A DNA stretch of 63,795 bases, the filler included, from Licmophora abbreviata (taxonomy: Eukaryota), in assembly GCA_900291995.1 (NCBI GenBank). It is 15 parts of 15 records of this genome, joined end to end, with 100 filler letters (N's around TTAATTAATTAA, not from the genome) between each part and the next. Parts side by side here need not be neighbours in the genome. Positions count along the whole stretch, not along the records: positions 31,507 to 42,982 come from OLMU01000842.1; positions 43,083 to 48,031 come from OLMU01000843.1; 13 more parts are not named here. One strand, 5' to 3'. Below are positions 33,685-45,103 of the stretch, one piece after another. Made by a program: the position numbers and the translations under genes. How positions within the stretch are numbered: the stretch's first letter is position 1; every line of letters begins with the position of its first letter. The notes beneath the pieces were generated by a model. That model did not search any database, was not told where the DNA came from, and saw only the letters and a list, made by a program, of their open reading frames with translations.

Positions 33685-35251
33685 TTAGCTCTGGTTGGAT
33701 TCAAAGTCCTTGGGCAACCAATCCATCATGGAGTTAATGGCCTTGTTGAGACCGTTCTTTTCCAATATGCGTCGCTCGTCCCCTCGCCATTCTTCGTTGT
33801 CGTCCCACGTGAACCAACTCACAGCGTGAAATCGATCGCCTTCAAACACATCGCGACCGTGAAGGGCGCGGTAGTTGTCCACCAACAAGACGTCGCCTGG
33901 CTCCATGGACAGAGCAGTAATGTGCTTTTCACTGGCACTGTAAACCATGAACGAAATTAAACCATGGAGGATTAGTACCCTCGATCAGTAAACCCGTCAC
34001 ATGGCAAGTCGAAACAGAAGCATCATAGGTTAGCACCGCCGACACACGTACCGTTTGATCTCATGGCAATCCTCCAACGTCAGGGGCTCCATGGTATCAG
34101 CGTAAAAGACTTCCGTCATTCCTACTTCAGGCACACCGCAGGGGCGACGATCGCGAAGCTTTCGGGCGTGGTTGTGCGCGTTGCTGAACCACACGGGGAG
34201 TCCAGTCACCGGGTGACGGTTGATGGGCGATTCGGCCGTCTCGACTGCCTGCAATCGTCCAGGCTTGCCATCCGCTTCGTAAATCATCTCCAAGTCCATG
34301 TCAAACTTGGGAGCAACTGCGGCATCGACAACATCCTTGATTCCTTCTTTGAGAAATCCAGGAAGAGTCGGGGGAATGTCCAAGTTGGAGACGGAAATGC
34401 GAATCTGACGATCGTACAGTTTCTGCAATACTTTTGTATCCATTTCTGCCAGAATAGCGGCACCATCTGCCACCAGAAATCGTCCCCCACCTTCTGTGGC
34501 CTTTTTGAAACACACAAAGGCAGCATACGCCGCGGTTCGCTTGGCTGTCGACTCGCAGTGCAATCCGATGTAGTGCTGGCGCAGCGACGGCTTGTTCACT
34601 TCCTCGTAAAGCGCATCTCGTTCCGAAGCAAACTTTCGCAGTCCCGAACTGTGCAGCGGATCGAGACAAGGATCCAATCCAAGTGCTTCGTACATTTGTC
34701 GATGTCCTTGGACACTCTTCATCAAGTCAAAGCCACGCATCCAAACGGCACCGTGTTTCAGGAGATCGGCACGGATCTTGTCCTTGTTGTCGCGAAAGTA
34801 GTCAGCGCCTTTGGCATTGTCCGCATCCGAGGCACGCAGCTCTGCGGGAGACTTGGGCATCTTGGCAGCTTCCTTTTGCGCTTTCACCACGTCAATACTA
34901 TAAAATCAACGCAAGGAGACAGAGTGTAGTGAGCAAGCAAAATGCCACTGGCAGCTTCAAAAAAGAGTGCTTCCCCGAAGATGACACGTACCCTTCCGAG
35001 CTCCAACGCGTCAGGGGACACTCCCACATTCCAGCCAAGTCTGGCTTAGACATGTCGCTAGCCAGAAACTCTTCCTCAGACAAGCCTGGACGATTTTCCC
35101 AGTCAGGGACGCTCCCGGCTGAGGGCGCTACGCGCTCCGGAGGCGCAGCCACCGTCGACGACAATCGTGTCTTTCCCGCATTGCCTCCTCTTTGAGGGGC
35201 GAACGCCGCCACCGTTGGAAGCGTGACGAGCAGTACAGCTGCAAGTTTCAT
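33685..35251 (-). CDS. Plastid-targeted TauD/TfdA-family Fe(II)/2-oxoglutarate dioxygenase; exons 35251-34992, 34897-34052, 33937-33685
   Basis: VAA-FAP presequence; HGAVWMRGF; IGLHCES (HxE); HPVTGLPVWF; GDVLLVDNY..LHGR. Confidence 0.85.
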
Positions 35252-35555
35252 GGTGAATGCGATCTTTCGACACCAGCACAGCAGAGAATGGCAATTTTGT
35301 CGCGGTAAGGTTTCCAGTTGCGCTTTTCTTTGGCGCGCTGAAATCTTGAACTAACCCGGAACTTGAACTTGTGTAAGATACGCAGTATATTATCTACGAG
35401 CCGAATGCGTAGAAGTTGAAGTTTTGATTGGCTCATGACCAGTGAAACGTCATCGCCGGGTTGCCAGTTGGCGCCAAAACTGATGGCAAATTCAAAGTCC
35501 TCAACTTTCTCGTGTGTTGTTCACTCTGTGTCCATCTCTGCTCCCATCCACCAAG

Positions 35556-37223
35556 ATGAAAGTCGTCTCAGTGCCAACGTTACTCCTTTCCTTGACCTTC
35601 GTCGTCTCTGATGTGGAAGGATTCGCTCCTTCGACTTCGTTTGTCCGGCCACAGATCTCCACGCCGACGACTCATGTCGGGTTGCGAACCTCATCACAGA
35701 CATCCAGTTTCCTGCGAATGATGGATCCGTCAGTCTTTGTCGAGACGACTGCGACGGCAATGCACTCCTTTGAGACATCGTCGCTCTTGGCTTTTACCGA
35801 CCAAGGACAGAACTTGGCTGGAACTTTCTTTCAGGCATCTCTCTTGCCCTACTTGGCCTTTCTCTACTTTCTCTCCTTTCGCGGCAATCGCATCCCTGCC
35901 CTTGGTAACTTTGGCTTTCAATACATTCTGCTATTTGTCCTGTCCACAATTCCAGCCGGGATTATTTCCAAAGCGACTTACGGCGTCTCACTTGCAAATG
36001 TGGACTGGCTGCATGGAGCGGCCGAGCTCCTCTTGACACTCGCCAATGTTCTCATTGTGCTTGGTTTCAAAGGAGCCATGTCGAATCCAAGTCCGCCGGA
36101 TGCGGGCAAGCCGCGAAACATTGCCCTTGGAGTGGGAGCGGGATTTGCCGCGCTTTGTGTCGGAGGCCTCAGCGTCGGCTTGGACGTACACGCTCCCTTT
36201 CTATTCGGTCTAGGTAACTTGCCTGCCGACATGGCCTTGGCGCTTCCGTGGGTCGCGCACGGCGAACCAGTCAACGCCTTATCGATTCCAACATGGGCAA
36301 TTCACTTTTCCTCCGTCATTGAGTACCTTGTCGCCATGAGCTTGGTCTGGGACTTTTCCAAGACAACCAACAATGAGAAATGGAAGGGATTGACCTGGGG
36401 TATGCTCCCGCTACACGCGTCAGGAATCTGTGCCTGCACATATCACTTCTTTTACAATCCCTCCGTCCTACAGTTCTTGGTGTCAATGCAAGCTGGATTT
36501 ACTCTGTTGGGCAATACAACTTGCGCCATTGCAGCGTACCGCATCGCGAAAAGCAATGGATGGAGTTTGGGTGAAATCAATCCGTTCCCGACATCGTCTA
36601 CCAGTCCGGCTGGCATCATAGTGGATGCGAATGCGGCGACGCCTTTGGAAATAGCCGAGCCAACAGAATCGAATGCCATTCTGGCTGCCAAAATTGTGTC
36701 AGCGACTGTTGTCTTGTCGTATGTGGTCAAGTATGGTGAGCTTGGGCTTGACTTGCCGTTCACTCCGAACGCCCCTGTGGCTCTTGCTATGGTACTTGGC
36801 GTTCCAGCAGCGACAGCGGCTGTCTACTACAACAAGTCACAGGAAGGCGGCGGCCTTGCTTTGCCGACATTCGGTCTTGGTGGCGACGGCGAAGGCGGTC
36901 TCTCGATGGCGGATGTCAAAAAGTACGGCGTTTCGGGCACAGTAGCGTACGTTTTGACGGAGCTGGCCTTTTGGGCAGTGGCTTTCCCGGTCGCCTCGAC
37001 AGCGCTCTATCAGTCGACTGGTCATTGGCCAGACGTGATCAACGACACGACAGATCGAGCAACCGTCCTGGGCTTTATCTTTGCTGGCGCAAATATCGCA
37101 AGACTCCTCGTCCCGATTCGGTTGGGGGCAGCTTTGGCCCTGGCTCCGTGGGTGGACGAGAACATTCTGAATCGCCAAGGGGATGCATCATCGATCGAAG
37201 AGGAGACATCCTCTAAGGTATAG
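35556..37223 (+). CDS. Plastid multi-pass membrane fusion protein: DUF3593 + DUF2499 (Ycf49) + C-terminal DUF1279-like domain
   Basis: VEG-FAP presequence; SLLPYLAFL..SLANVDWLHGAAE; NALSIPTWAIHFSSVIE..HFFYN..QAGFTLLGN; KKYG..AYVLTE..PIRLGAALALAP. Confidence 0.8.
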   Translation: MKVVSVPTLLLSLTFVVSDVEGFAPSTSFVRPQISTPTTHVGLRTSSQTSSFLRMMDPSVFVETTATAMHSFETSSLLAFTDQGQNLAGTFFQASLLPYLAFLYFLSFRGNRIPALGNFGFQYILLFVLSTIPAGIISKATYGVSLANVDWLHGAAELLLTLANVLIVLGFKGAMSNPSPPDAGKPRNIALGVGAGFAALCVGGLSVGLDVHAPFLFGLGNLPADMALALPWVAHGEPVNALSIPTWAIHFSSVIEYLVAMSLVWDFSKTTNNEKWKGLTWGMLPLHASGICACTYHFFYNPSVLQFLVSMQAGFTLLGNTTCAIAAYRIAKSNGWSLGEINPFPTSSTSPAGIIVDANAATPLEIAEPTESNAILAAKIVSATVVLSYVVKYGELGLDLPFTPNAPVALAMVLGVPAATAAVYYNKSQEGGGLALPTFGLGGDGEGGLSMADVKKYGVSGTVAYVLTELAFWAVAFPVASTALYQSTGHWPDVINDTTDRATVLGFIFAGANIARLLVPIRLGAALALAPWVDENILNRQGDASSIEEETSSKV

Positions 37224-37323
37224 CATGTAAAACTAGCGAGAGTATAATTCCTCACTTGCTTATTGTATCTCTAATAGAGTGACATCGACACGCGGACAAG
37301 AATCAACGGGTATGCCCAGCTAG

Positions 37324-38915
37324 CTAGTAGTTCACGACGTTTTCGAACCAAAAGCCGACAGCAATCATAACGTAAGTGGTGATCAACAAGGATCCCTCCA
37401 GCCAATTACCTTTTGGATTAGACAGGCAGATAAATACCGTCACAACAGAGAGAATGTACAACATGATCTCAAACATGGGAAAGTTCAATGTCATGTTCTT
37501 GCCACACGCCCATCCAATAAGAACCGTCAATGGAATAACGAATAGGGCAATCTGAGTGCACGATCCGACAGCAACTATGAGGAGTCACATAAGAACGAAG
37601 ACATGAATCAGCTGGGGGCGAGCTCGTGACAATCACAACGCCACAATCATCCACCACAATACTTACTGCCCATGGCCAGGTCCATTTTGTCTTTCGTCGC
37701 CACAGTGACAGCTGTGAGATGCTCCACGGCATTGCCAACAATCGGCAGTAAGATCAGACCTACAAACGTGCGGCTGATGCCCGACTCTTCCGTGAATCCA
37801 TCTATGCTTGCCACTAGAAAATCGGAAAATATAGCAACCAACAAAGTAACACCGAGAAGTGACCCGAGAGCGACGCTAAGTGGGATTCGTGGAAGCTCTT
37901 CTTCTTCATCCTCTTCGTCTTCAAACAAGTCCGAGTGAGTACGAAGCTGAAACAGCAACAGCTGAAGATACATACTAATGAGAAAGACCGCAGCGAAACG
38001 GGAGACAACCAGCACGTGTTCGTCCTCAATGACGTAGTACTCGGCAAACGGCGTCGGTAGCACCAAGGCAGTACTACTCAGAGCCAGCAGACCCATGTTG
38101 GCGGTAGCAGCGGTACTATTGAAGCTCTGTTCCTTGTAGTACATCCCACCAAAGAAGAAGCAACATCCAAGGACGAGAAGTAGATTCGAAAAGATACTGC
38201 CAATCATACTCGCCTGAACGACTCGAATCTCGTTGTGCAACAGAGCCTGAATCGCCACAACGACCTCGACCGCATTTCCGAACGTGGCGTTGACAAGTCC
38301 ACCGATGGTCTGATTGGTATGAGCTGCAACTTCTTCCGTAAAGTCTCCGAGAATGGATGCAAGCGGGATCATGGCAAGAAAGTTGAGCCAAAAGATAGCT
38401 ACAGGCGGCCACTCGAGAAGATGCGCCGCATACCCAAAGGGGAGAAAGATCAAGAGAAAGCTGACCCATTTTCCAAAGAAAAAGTCAAACAAAATGGCTA
38501 CGAGCGACCTCTCCCTCTTTGAAGCTTCATCATCATCTTCTTCCCGAACCGACGGAGACAGCAGAGTTGTCGTTTCTTTGGCCCTGTCGGATGCGCCTGA
38601 ATTCGTACGAACGCTACCGGTATCCAGGCCCATGAGACGGCGCTGAGACCTAGATTTCTTGTCTAGTTTGCGCATGTGCGCCATGATCTCGTACACATGC
38701 GGACGAACCCCTACAGCATGGAAGCTCTCGCCGTACTGGCGACGACCGTTGCCTGTATCTACTGGAGTATCCGAAGCGCGACGCAGTGAGTCTACTTCCT
38801 CCATGACGTGTACCTCGCGACGACTGTGATTCAAGACGTCTTCTGCAATCGAGCTAACGCGACGAGTGCTTTTTTGCTCTTGAGTAAGTTCGTCCGGGAG
38901 CAGCCCGTTGCTCAT
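37324..38915 (-). CDS. CAX: Ca2+/H+ exchanger (CAX/VCX1 family); exons 38915-37667, 37574-37324
   Basis: GGLVNATFGNAVE, GSIFSNLLLVLG, LPIVGNAVEH, MDLAMG|IAVGSCTQIALF, NWLEG. Confidence 0.93.
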
Positions 38916-39359
38916 GTGATGCGCACAAAGTTACCAACGATCGGAGCAGCGGCGTCCACAAACCCAGCAGTACCGTATTTTTCGTCGAGTGACAAAAAAT
39001 AACCAATTATCGTTCCCTCGTAAATCTAAGGGCGATTTTCGTCAACCGCACTCTGTAAGATGTATATTTTGGACTGCAGATGTGGTTCAGACACGATAGT
39101 GGTGTCGAAAGGTTGCTCAAAACGATCCAGTGAACCGACCCTGTGAATCGAATAGCCGATAGATGAGACCGCCTTCCGGCTTTTCGTGAGATCTTTTAGT
39201 CGCGGTGTTCCGACGGGAATTGGGAATTCTCGGCAAACGAACCTCTGAAACTAAGGTCACATTTTGACACAACGACATCAACAAGGAAACATGACACCAA
39301 CAGTACCGGTAGAAGGCAATAGCAATAGGCTTTATTTATTCTCTTCTGATTGTCGATGA

Positions 39360-40599
39360 TCAAATATCGAGATCATCATCCGGATCGTCTTCGTCAAAGT
39401 CGTCAAACTCTGGGTCATTGTCTTGCATGTAGATTCGCGGCCTCTGGTTGTTTTCACCAGTACCTGTTGCATGTGATTCAGCCCGCGCTTTTTCAGTAGT
39501 AGAATCATCCTCCATCTTTAGTGCCACCTTTCCGGGTCTGTGGGGTAGGAGTGGAATATCTGAATCTGCTGTCGCAGGTGCGAAAGAGCTCGATGGTCGT
39601 TGCGGGATGGACTGTTCTTTGCCAGTTTCAACGCTGTCATCATCGTCACCGCGATCTTCCACGCCCACATCTAACTGTAGCGTTCTTCCTTGATGGCGTT
39701 GCTCGTCGTGAACCATAGTCAGTCGGAATGGAACGACCTCTCGTATGACATTCCCCTTGTCACGTACTCCGTGCCGAATCAACGTCATGTCTCCTTGATG
39801 TAGCGACAGCACAGCCTGCGCAATGTCTTCCAGTGCCTGATGCTGTACAGAGGAAAGTGTCTCGACCATGATGGGAACAATCACAGTGCAGCGCAGTCGT
39901 AGTGCATTTGTATTCGTAGTCGAACGCAATAGCTGTCGCAGCCATTGAAATGTTCGAGGTGCCCCATGACGCATCAGCAGCGGAGAAATTGATTCAATAA
40001 CCACAACGACAGTACACTGACCACCATCCTCATCCGTCGAAGGAGTCGCATCGCCCTCCTCGATAGCATCAGAAACATGTGTTTCGATAGCCCGCGTGAG
40101 CGCCTCGAGGTCTTCCAGGAGTGCGACGGCTACTTTTGCGTCCCCGTCGCCCCGAGTGTCGTCCCAACCGAACGGATCCACAGATGTGTCCAAAATACGT
40201 ACTACTGAGTCCGAAGGAATCTGAAAATCAGCCAGTCGACGGTGTCCATCCGAAGTCGTCTGTATATAGACGAGTCGTGTCGAAGACGATGCAGTTCCGT
40301 TCCCTGATGCTGTTGGTACAGAATTCGCGACACAAATATTGCAACCACAAATGTCCAGTGGCATCCCGCATGGCATTCTCTGCTGGCGTTCTGATTTGTG
40401 CTTGTCGATAGAGCTGTTCTTCATTTTGCTGGTCTCCGCTGCCGCCTCCATCCCATAAGACTTGTCGAGCGGGTTGTAACGAGTGTTGGAGTAAGATCAA
40501 GTATGACGATGAGGCAGAAGAATCGATTCTTCGATGGCCGTGAGTCAGCGACGTAATTAAAGCCTGAACTGGGTTCTTTTGAAAATTCAAGGACGTCAT
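39360..40599 (-). CDS. ELP5: Elongator complex protein 5 (ELP5)-like; probable 1-nt frameshift near 40303
   Basis: DPFGWD, VVIESISPLL.RHG, C-terminal IY..DPEFDDFDEDDPDDDLDI typical of ELP5; the N-terminus appears in an overlapping frame. Confidence 0.68.
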
Positions 40600-40866
40600 G
40601 ATTGACGAAGGCAATGGTGGAGGTAAATTAGCAAATCTCCGATTGCATCAGAGCGAAGCGTCCAAAAGAAATTGGCCTACATTCAGTCTCATGGTCGCCA
40701 TGTTCAATGTGCCGCGATATGATGAGACTTGCATTTTTAGCGCCTGCGCAGGATGACGGACTGACTACGAACGGTGGTACTCTGTACGTCGTCCGCAAAG
40801 TTCATGCGTACGTGTTCCTTTTGAGAGCCGCAGATCCATCACGTCGCAGTGTTGAATGTGTGATGG

Positions 40867-40894
40867 ATCGCAAATCGCAAATCGCAAATCGCAA
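40867..40894 (+). repeat. Perfect tandem repeat (ATCGCAA)x4 in a divergent promoter
   Basis: atcgcaa atcgcaa atcgcaa atcgcaa. Confidence 0.9.
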
Positions 40895-40987
40895 CACTTT
40901 TGGCATCATAGAGACTTCAATTCTTTCAAGTTGACTACAGAGCGCTGTTTTCGATACTTCTCCTTAGCGCTTGCTATCTACAGGACC

Positions 40988-41839
40988 ATGATTTCGTCTC
41001 TCTGCTCTCTTCTCGTGGCCGGTGCCGTCCTAACAGGACTCTCCTCTCCTCAGAGCGCTACGGCCTTTGCTCCTTCGTTTGTACCTCGCACGCAGTTCTT
41101 GTCTCGCCACAGTCTTGCTACTTCCTCTACTAGCTCTTCTGCCTTGCAAATGTCGTACGGAAAGGTCTTTGTCGCCGGAGGCTCCCGCGGCGTCGGTCGA
41201 TTGATTATCGACAAACTCCTCAGCACTGGCACCAACGTCGTCGCCATGGTCCGGACGGACGAGGCCGTGAGTGAATTGAACGCCCTGGAGGGAGTCACCG
41301 CCATCAAGGGAGATGCCTTTGAATACAAGAATGTCGAGGGAGCAATGGACGGCTGCGACGCTGCCATTACCACCTTGGGCGGTAGCACCGAAGATGATGG
41401 CAACCGTGTCGACTACAACGGAAACAGCAATGTCATTGAAGCCGCCGGTATCTTGGGAGTCACGCGACTACTGCTCGTCACCAGCATTGGATGCGGCAAT
41501 AGCAAGGAAGCGGCGCCTCCCTCAGTCTTTGAAGTCTTGAAGGATGTATTGGCGGCAAAGGAACGAGCGGAGAATGTACTCATCAAGTACTATACCAACA
41601 TGAACTGGACCATTATCCGGCCGGGTGGTTTAAAGTCAGAACCGGCCACGGGAGAAGCGATTCTCACTGAAGACAGTTCGGCAATTGGAAGTATTCATCG
41701 AGAGGATGTGGCGGACCTGGTGATTCAGGCCTTGGGATCGAGCAACACGGAGAGGAAGGTGCTGAGTGCCGTCGATCCCTCCATCACGAGTGCAGTCAAT
41801 GCTGAAGGTCGTGAAGTGGAGGCTTTTTCACTTGCTTAG
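40988..41839 (+). CDS. Plastid atypical SDR / NAD(P)-binding Rossmann protein
   Basis: ATA-FAP presequence; FVAGGSRGVG; VDYNGN.NVIEAA; WTIIRPGGL; IHREDVA. Confidence 0.9.
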   Translation: MISSLCSLLVAGAVLTGLSSPQSATAFAPSFVPRTQFLSRHSLATSSTSSSALQMSYGKVFVAGGSRGVGRLIIDKLLSTGTNVVAMVRTDEAVSELNALEGVTAIKGDAFEYKNVEGAMDGCDAAITTLGGSTEDDGNRVDYNGNSNVIEAAGILGVTRLLLVTSIGCGNSKEAAPPSVFEVLKDVLAAKERAENVLIKYYTNMNWTIIRPGGLKSEPATGEAILTEDSSAIGSIHREDVADLVIQALGSSNTERKVLSAVDPSITSAVNAEGREVEAFSLA

Positions 41840-41947
41840 CTTGCTTCGACATTCCCACTAAATCCAAACGTTCACTTGTCTACTACTGCGGCAACAATCT
41901 AACTTTAAACTTTGGTGGATGCATCAGCGACTAGAGAGGCACATGTC

Positions 41948-42727
41948 CTACGTCGTAGTAGTTGGGTCTTGACTGCCTGCGTTCGTCGCGCCGTCTGCGC
42001 CAACCCTCTTCACCGCTTCTGTCAGCGTCTCTCCCAGAACATCTTCAATAGTTAGTTCGAGTACATTATCATTGTTGACAGCCTTGACGTTTTCTCCCAT
42101 TTTGGCCATAGCCTTTTCAATATCCCATCCGCCCTCCTCTTCGGTTTGGTCCGTGAAGAACCCCAGTCGATCGGCAATCAAATGCAAGTTGCTACATCCC
42201 GGACACCGGACCATTACTACACCATGGTTGTACGCCTGTTCTGTGAATTGTTTGGCTGCTCGAGTCTCACAGACCTTGCAAGTATAGACAATGGCCAATT
42301 GGCGACTGCCGCCCTTGGTGGTTCCCGGAAGGTCGGTAGCTGATGTTGTTGGTGTTGTTGTTATTGAGGTTTGGTCCGCCATGGTGGCATCGACCGCCAA
42401 CTGAATGTCTTGCGGAGAAATAGTTTCTCTACTGCCTGAATCATGTTCATGTGAAGCATCATCATCCTTGGAACCGGACAAGACTCGCTTTTGTCTAACT
42501 AGCGTTGTTGGTCGAGCGATGTTCGACTTTCCGGAAGGATATGACCAGGAGGAGTGCAGACGCTCTGAAACGCAACGAGACGGCAAATGATTCCCTCGAC
42601 TACCCCCCACGGATAGAATAGGTTCGGGTTGGATGAGAACGTCGATTCGTGCGGCTGTCAATCGAAAAAGAGCGCCACTCTGGCGACCCGCACCAGCGAT
42701 GCGGCGACACAAAACAGGTGGATTCAT
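41948..42727 (-). CDS. DNLZ: DNL-type zinc-finger Hsp70 escort protein (Hep1/Zim17/DNLZ), probably mitochondrial
   Basis: YTCKVCETR..FTEQAY.HGVVMVRCPGCSNLHLIADRLGFF. Confidence 0.9.
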   Translation of the reverse strand: MNPPVLCRRIAGAGRQSGALFRLTAARIDVLIQPEPILSVGGSRGNHLPSRCVSERLHSSWSYPSGKSNIARPTTLVRQKRVLSGSKDDDASHEHDSGSRETISPQDIQLAVDATMADQTSITTTPTTSATDLPGTTKGGSRQLAIVYTCKVCETRAAKQFTEQAYNHGVVMVRCPGCSNLHLIADRLGFFTDQTEEEGGWDIEKAMAKMGENVKAVNNDNVLELTIEDVLGETLTEAVKRVGADGATNAGSQDPTTTT

Positions 42728-43472
42728 GAGGATAATGATTCTTGCTTTTCCACGCTTTTCTTCAGGAATAGACAAGTCCACGTGGTGATGCAAGTCTTTT
42801 TGGTCTCGCACGGATGTATTGCTTCTGTCTCTCTTCGAGTGTGTAGCAGCTTTGTGTCCGCATCACTCGTTTCGACCTTCGAAAGAAAACGAATACACAC
42901 TCGCGCGGCCTTTTCGCATCCAGTATGTCAGCTCCGGACGAAGGACTAACCTTCCCGCAATGTTGGGCCCTTGCATCGGCACNNNNNNNNNNNNNNNNNN
43001 NNNNNNNNNNNNNNNNNNNNNNNNNNTTAATTAATTAANNNNNNNNNNNNNNNNNNNNNNNNNNNNNNNNNNNNNNNNNNNNGGCTTTGTGTTCTGGTCA
43101 ATACATCGTGGCTGCTGGGTGGCGCCACTCAAGAGAGAGTGGGCATGCTGTACATTCAACATGGGACAAGAACGCAAAGAAGTATCATCTCAGCGTCCAT
43201 CTCATAACACGGATTACACTATTGTGTTTCCAACGAAAGATTCGTCTCACAAAAGATTCAGTCCGGCGCATCTCGTCACATCTCACTACTTGTGTTGAGA
43301 TATTGCGAATGAAGATTCATACGGGTAAAGATGCGGCTGAGTCTACCCCACTACTTCGAAACTGAATCGAATCTGCATCGAATCTCGACTGGAAAAGATT
43401 TGGATATGGCACTCCAGAGATCTTTTGGTGAGCCCATTTCAAATTTGCGCGCCAATGTTCGAAAAGAAAACG

Positions 43473-45103
43473 ATGAAGGTCTCGCTGTTACTTCTTCTGA
43501 CTAGTCTCACCTCTGCCCCGGCAGCGGCGACGAAGCGTCTTGTCGACGTAGGAAACAATGGCGATTTCAGTGTCCCCGTAAGTACAATGAAGTTCCAACT
43601 CGACACGGTTTTTCGTATGCTATGTTGTTGCCTCACTTTCTTTCTATCGGTATCCTGTTCTTTTAGTACCCTCTCGCTGCCTGTGAGGGCGATTGTGATA
43701 ATGATTCCGATTGCGCTGGATCTTACCTCTGCTTCAGGGACAACGACTTCGCGACTGTCCCGGGTTGCGCCGGGCGTCGCGCCGAGCCGACAGGCCCGAA
43801 TGGCAACATGAAGGATTATTGCTACGACCCAGATTATAGCAAAGATAAGTCTGATGGTGGTGGAAAGTCTACCAAGTTCGTGACTCTCGGAACCCGTCCC
43901 TACTTCCTCGTCGCGTCCATGGACGACTCTGCTCTCAAGTCCATGCTCGGTACGTCGGCAAATCCCCTCCATTGTTGTTCACTGCTCGCAGTCTGCTGAA
44001 CGTGCTTCGCTCTTTGTCCTTCTGTAGAGGAGTGTGCCGCAGAGACAAGTCAGTTTCTCCTTTCTGACTTTTCTATTGGACATCGTGGAGCGTGCATGCA
44101 GTACCCCGAGCACACCTTTCGTTCGTACGAGGCTGCTTCTATGATGGGAGCGGGCATTATTGAATGCGATGTGACCTTCACCAAGGACCGCGAGCTCATC
44201 TGCCGCCATGCACAGTGTGACCTTCACACCACTACGGATGTTGTGCTCCGTCCTGAAATGAACGCCAAGTGTACGACGCCCTGGGCCCCGGGTGTTGCCC
44301 CCAGGTGCTGCGCGTCTGATTTCACCTTGGAAGAAATCAAGGGCATGTGCGCCAAGATGGACTCGGCTGGGCCCAATGATGTTGATGCCGAGACGTACGT
44401 TTATGGGGGCACCGCTGACTGGCGTACTGACCTCTATCAGTTCGAGTGTCCGCAAGTTCCGACTCACAAGGAGAGTATCGAGCTGATCAAATCGAACGGT
44501 GGAAAGTTCACCCCAGAACTCAAGTCTCCTGACGTGGAGATGCCTTTCGAGGGTGATTACACCCAAGAGATGTATGCTCAACAGATGGTCGATGAGTATG
44601 TCGATGCGGGCATTCCCCCCGAGGACGTTTGGGTGCAGTCGTTCAACGAAGACGACGTCTACTACTGGGTAAAGAATGCCCCCGAGTTTGGAGTGCAGGC
44701 AGTTGCACTCGACGGCGTCTACGATCGCACGCAAGCCGAAGTTGACGAGTTTCTTGATCGCCTCGTTGCAGGAGGTGCTCAGATTGTGGCGCCACCCATG
44801 TGGCGTCTCGTTGACCCCGATTCTTCCAGCCCCTATAAGATGAAGGAGTCTGGCTACTCCATCTCCGCTCGCAACAAAGGCCTGGACGTCATCACCTGGA
44901 CGCTAGAGCGCACGGGCCCTGGTCTTCAGGGCTGGTACTGGCAGACTCTCAATGACGGAGGCATTGACCTGGTCGATGGCGACAAGTATAACTTGCTTTA
45001 TGTCCTTGCTGAGGAGGTCGGTGTCCTCGGGGTCTTTTCTGATTGGCCCGCCACGACGACCTTCTTTGCCAACTGCATGGACATTGCTGTCCGTAAGAAG
45101 TAA
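43473..45103 (+). CDS. Secreted glycerophosphodiester phosphodiesterase with an N-terminal frustulin (acidic Cys-rich) domain; exons 43473-43577, 43667-43949, 44028-45103
   Basis: Signal MKVSLLLLLTSLTSAPAAA; CEGDCDNDSDC..CF..VPGC..DYC; IGHRGA.MQYPEHT, IECDV.FTKD..LICRH, ELK, WTLER, GVFSDW. Confidence 0.9.

Noticed and set aside
34063..34929. Long antisense ORFs (also 43979-44734, 61056-61739, 20774-21409)
   Set aside because: They lie opposite well-supported genes and have no recognisable motifs; shadow ORFs
30501..35251. P450 + dioxygenase pair as a domoic-acid-like toxin cluster
   Set aside because: The P450 has CYP97 carotenoid hydroxylase signatures and no prenyltransferase/terpene-cyclase-like gene is nearby
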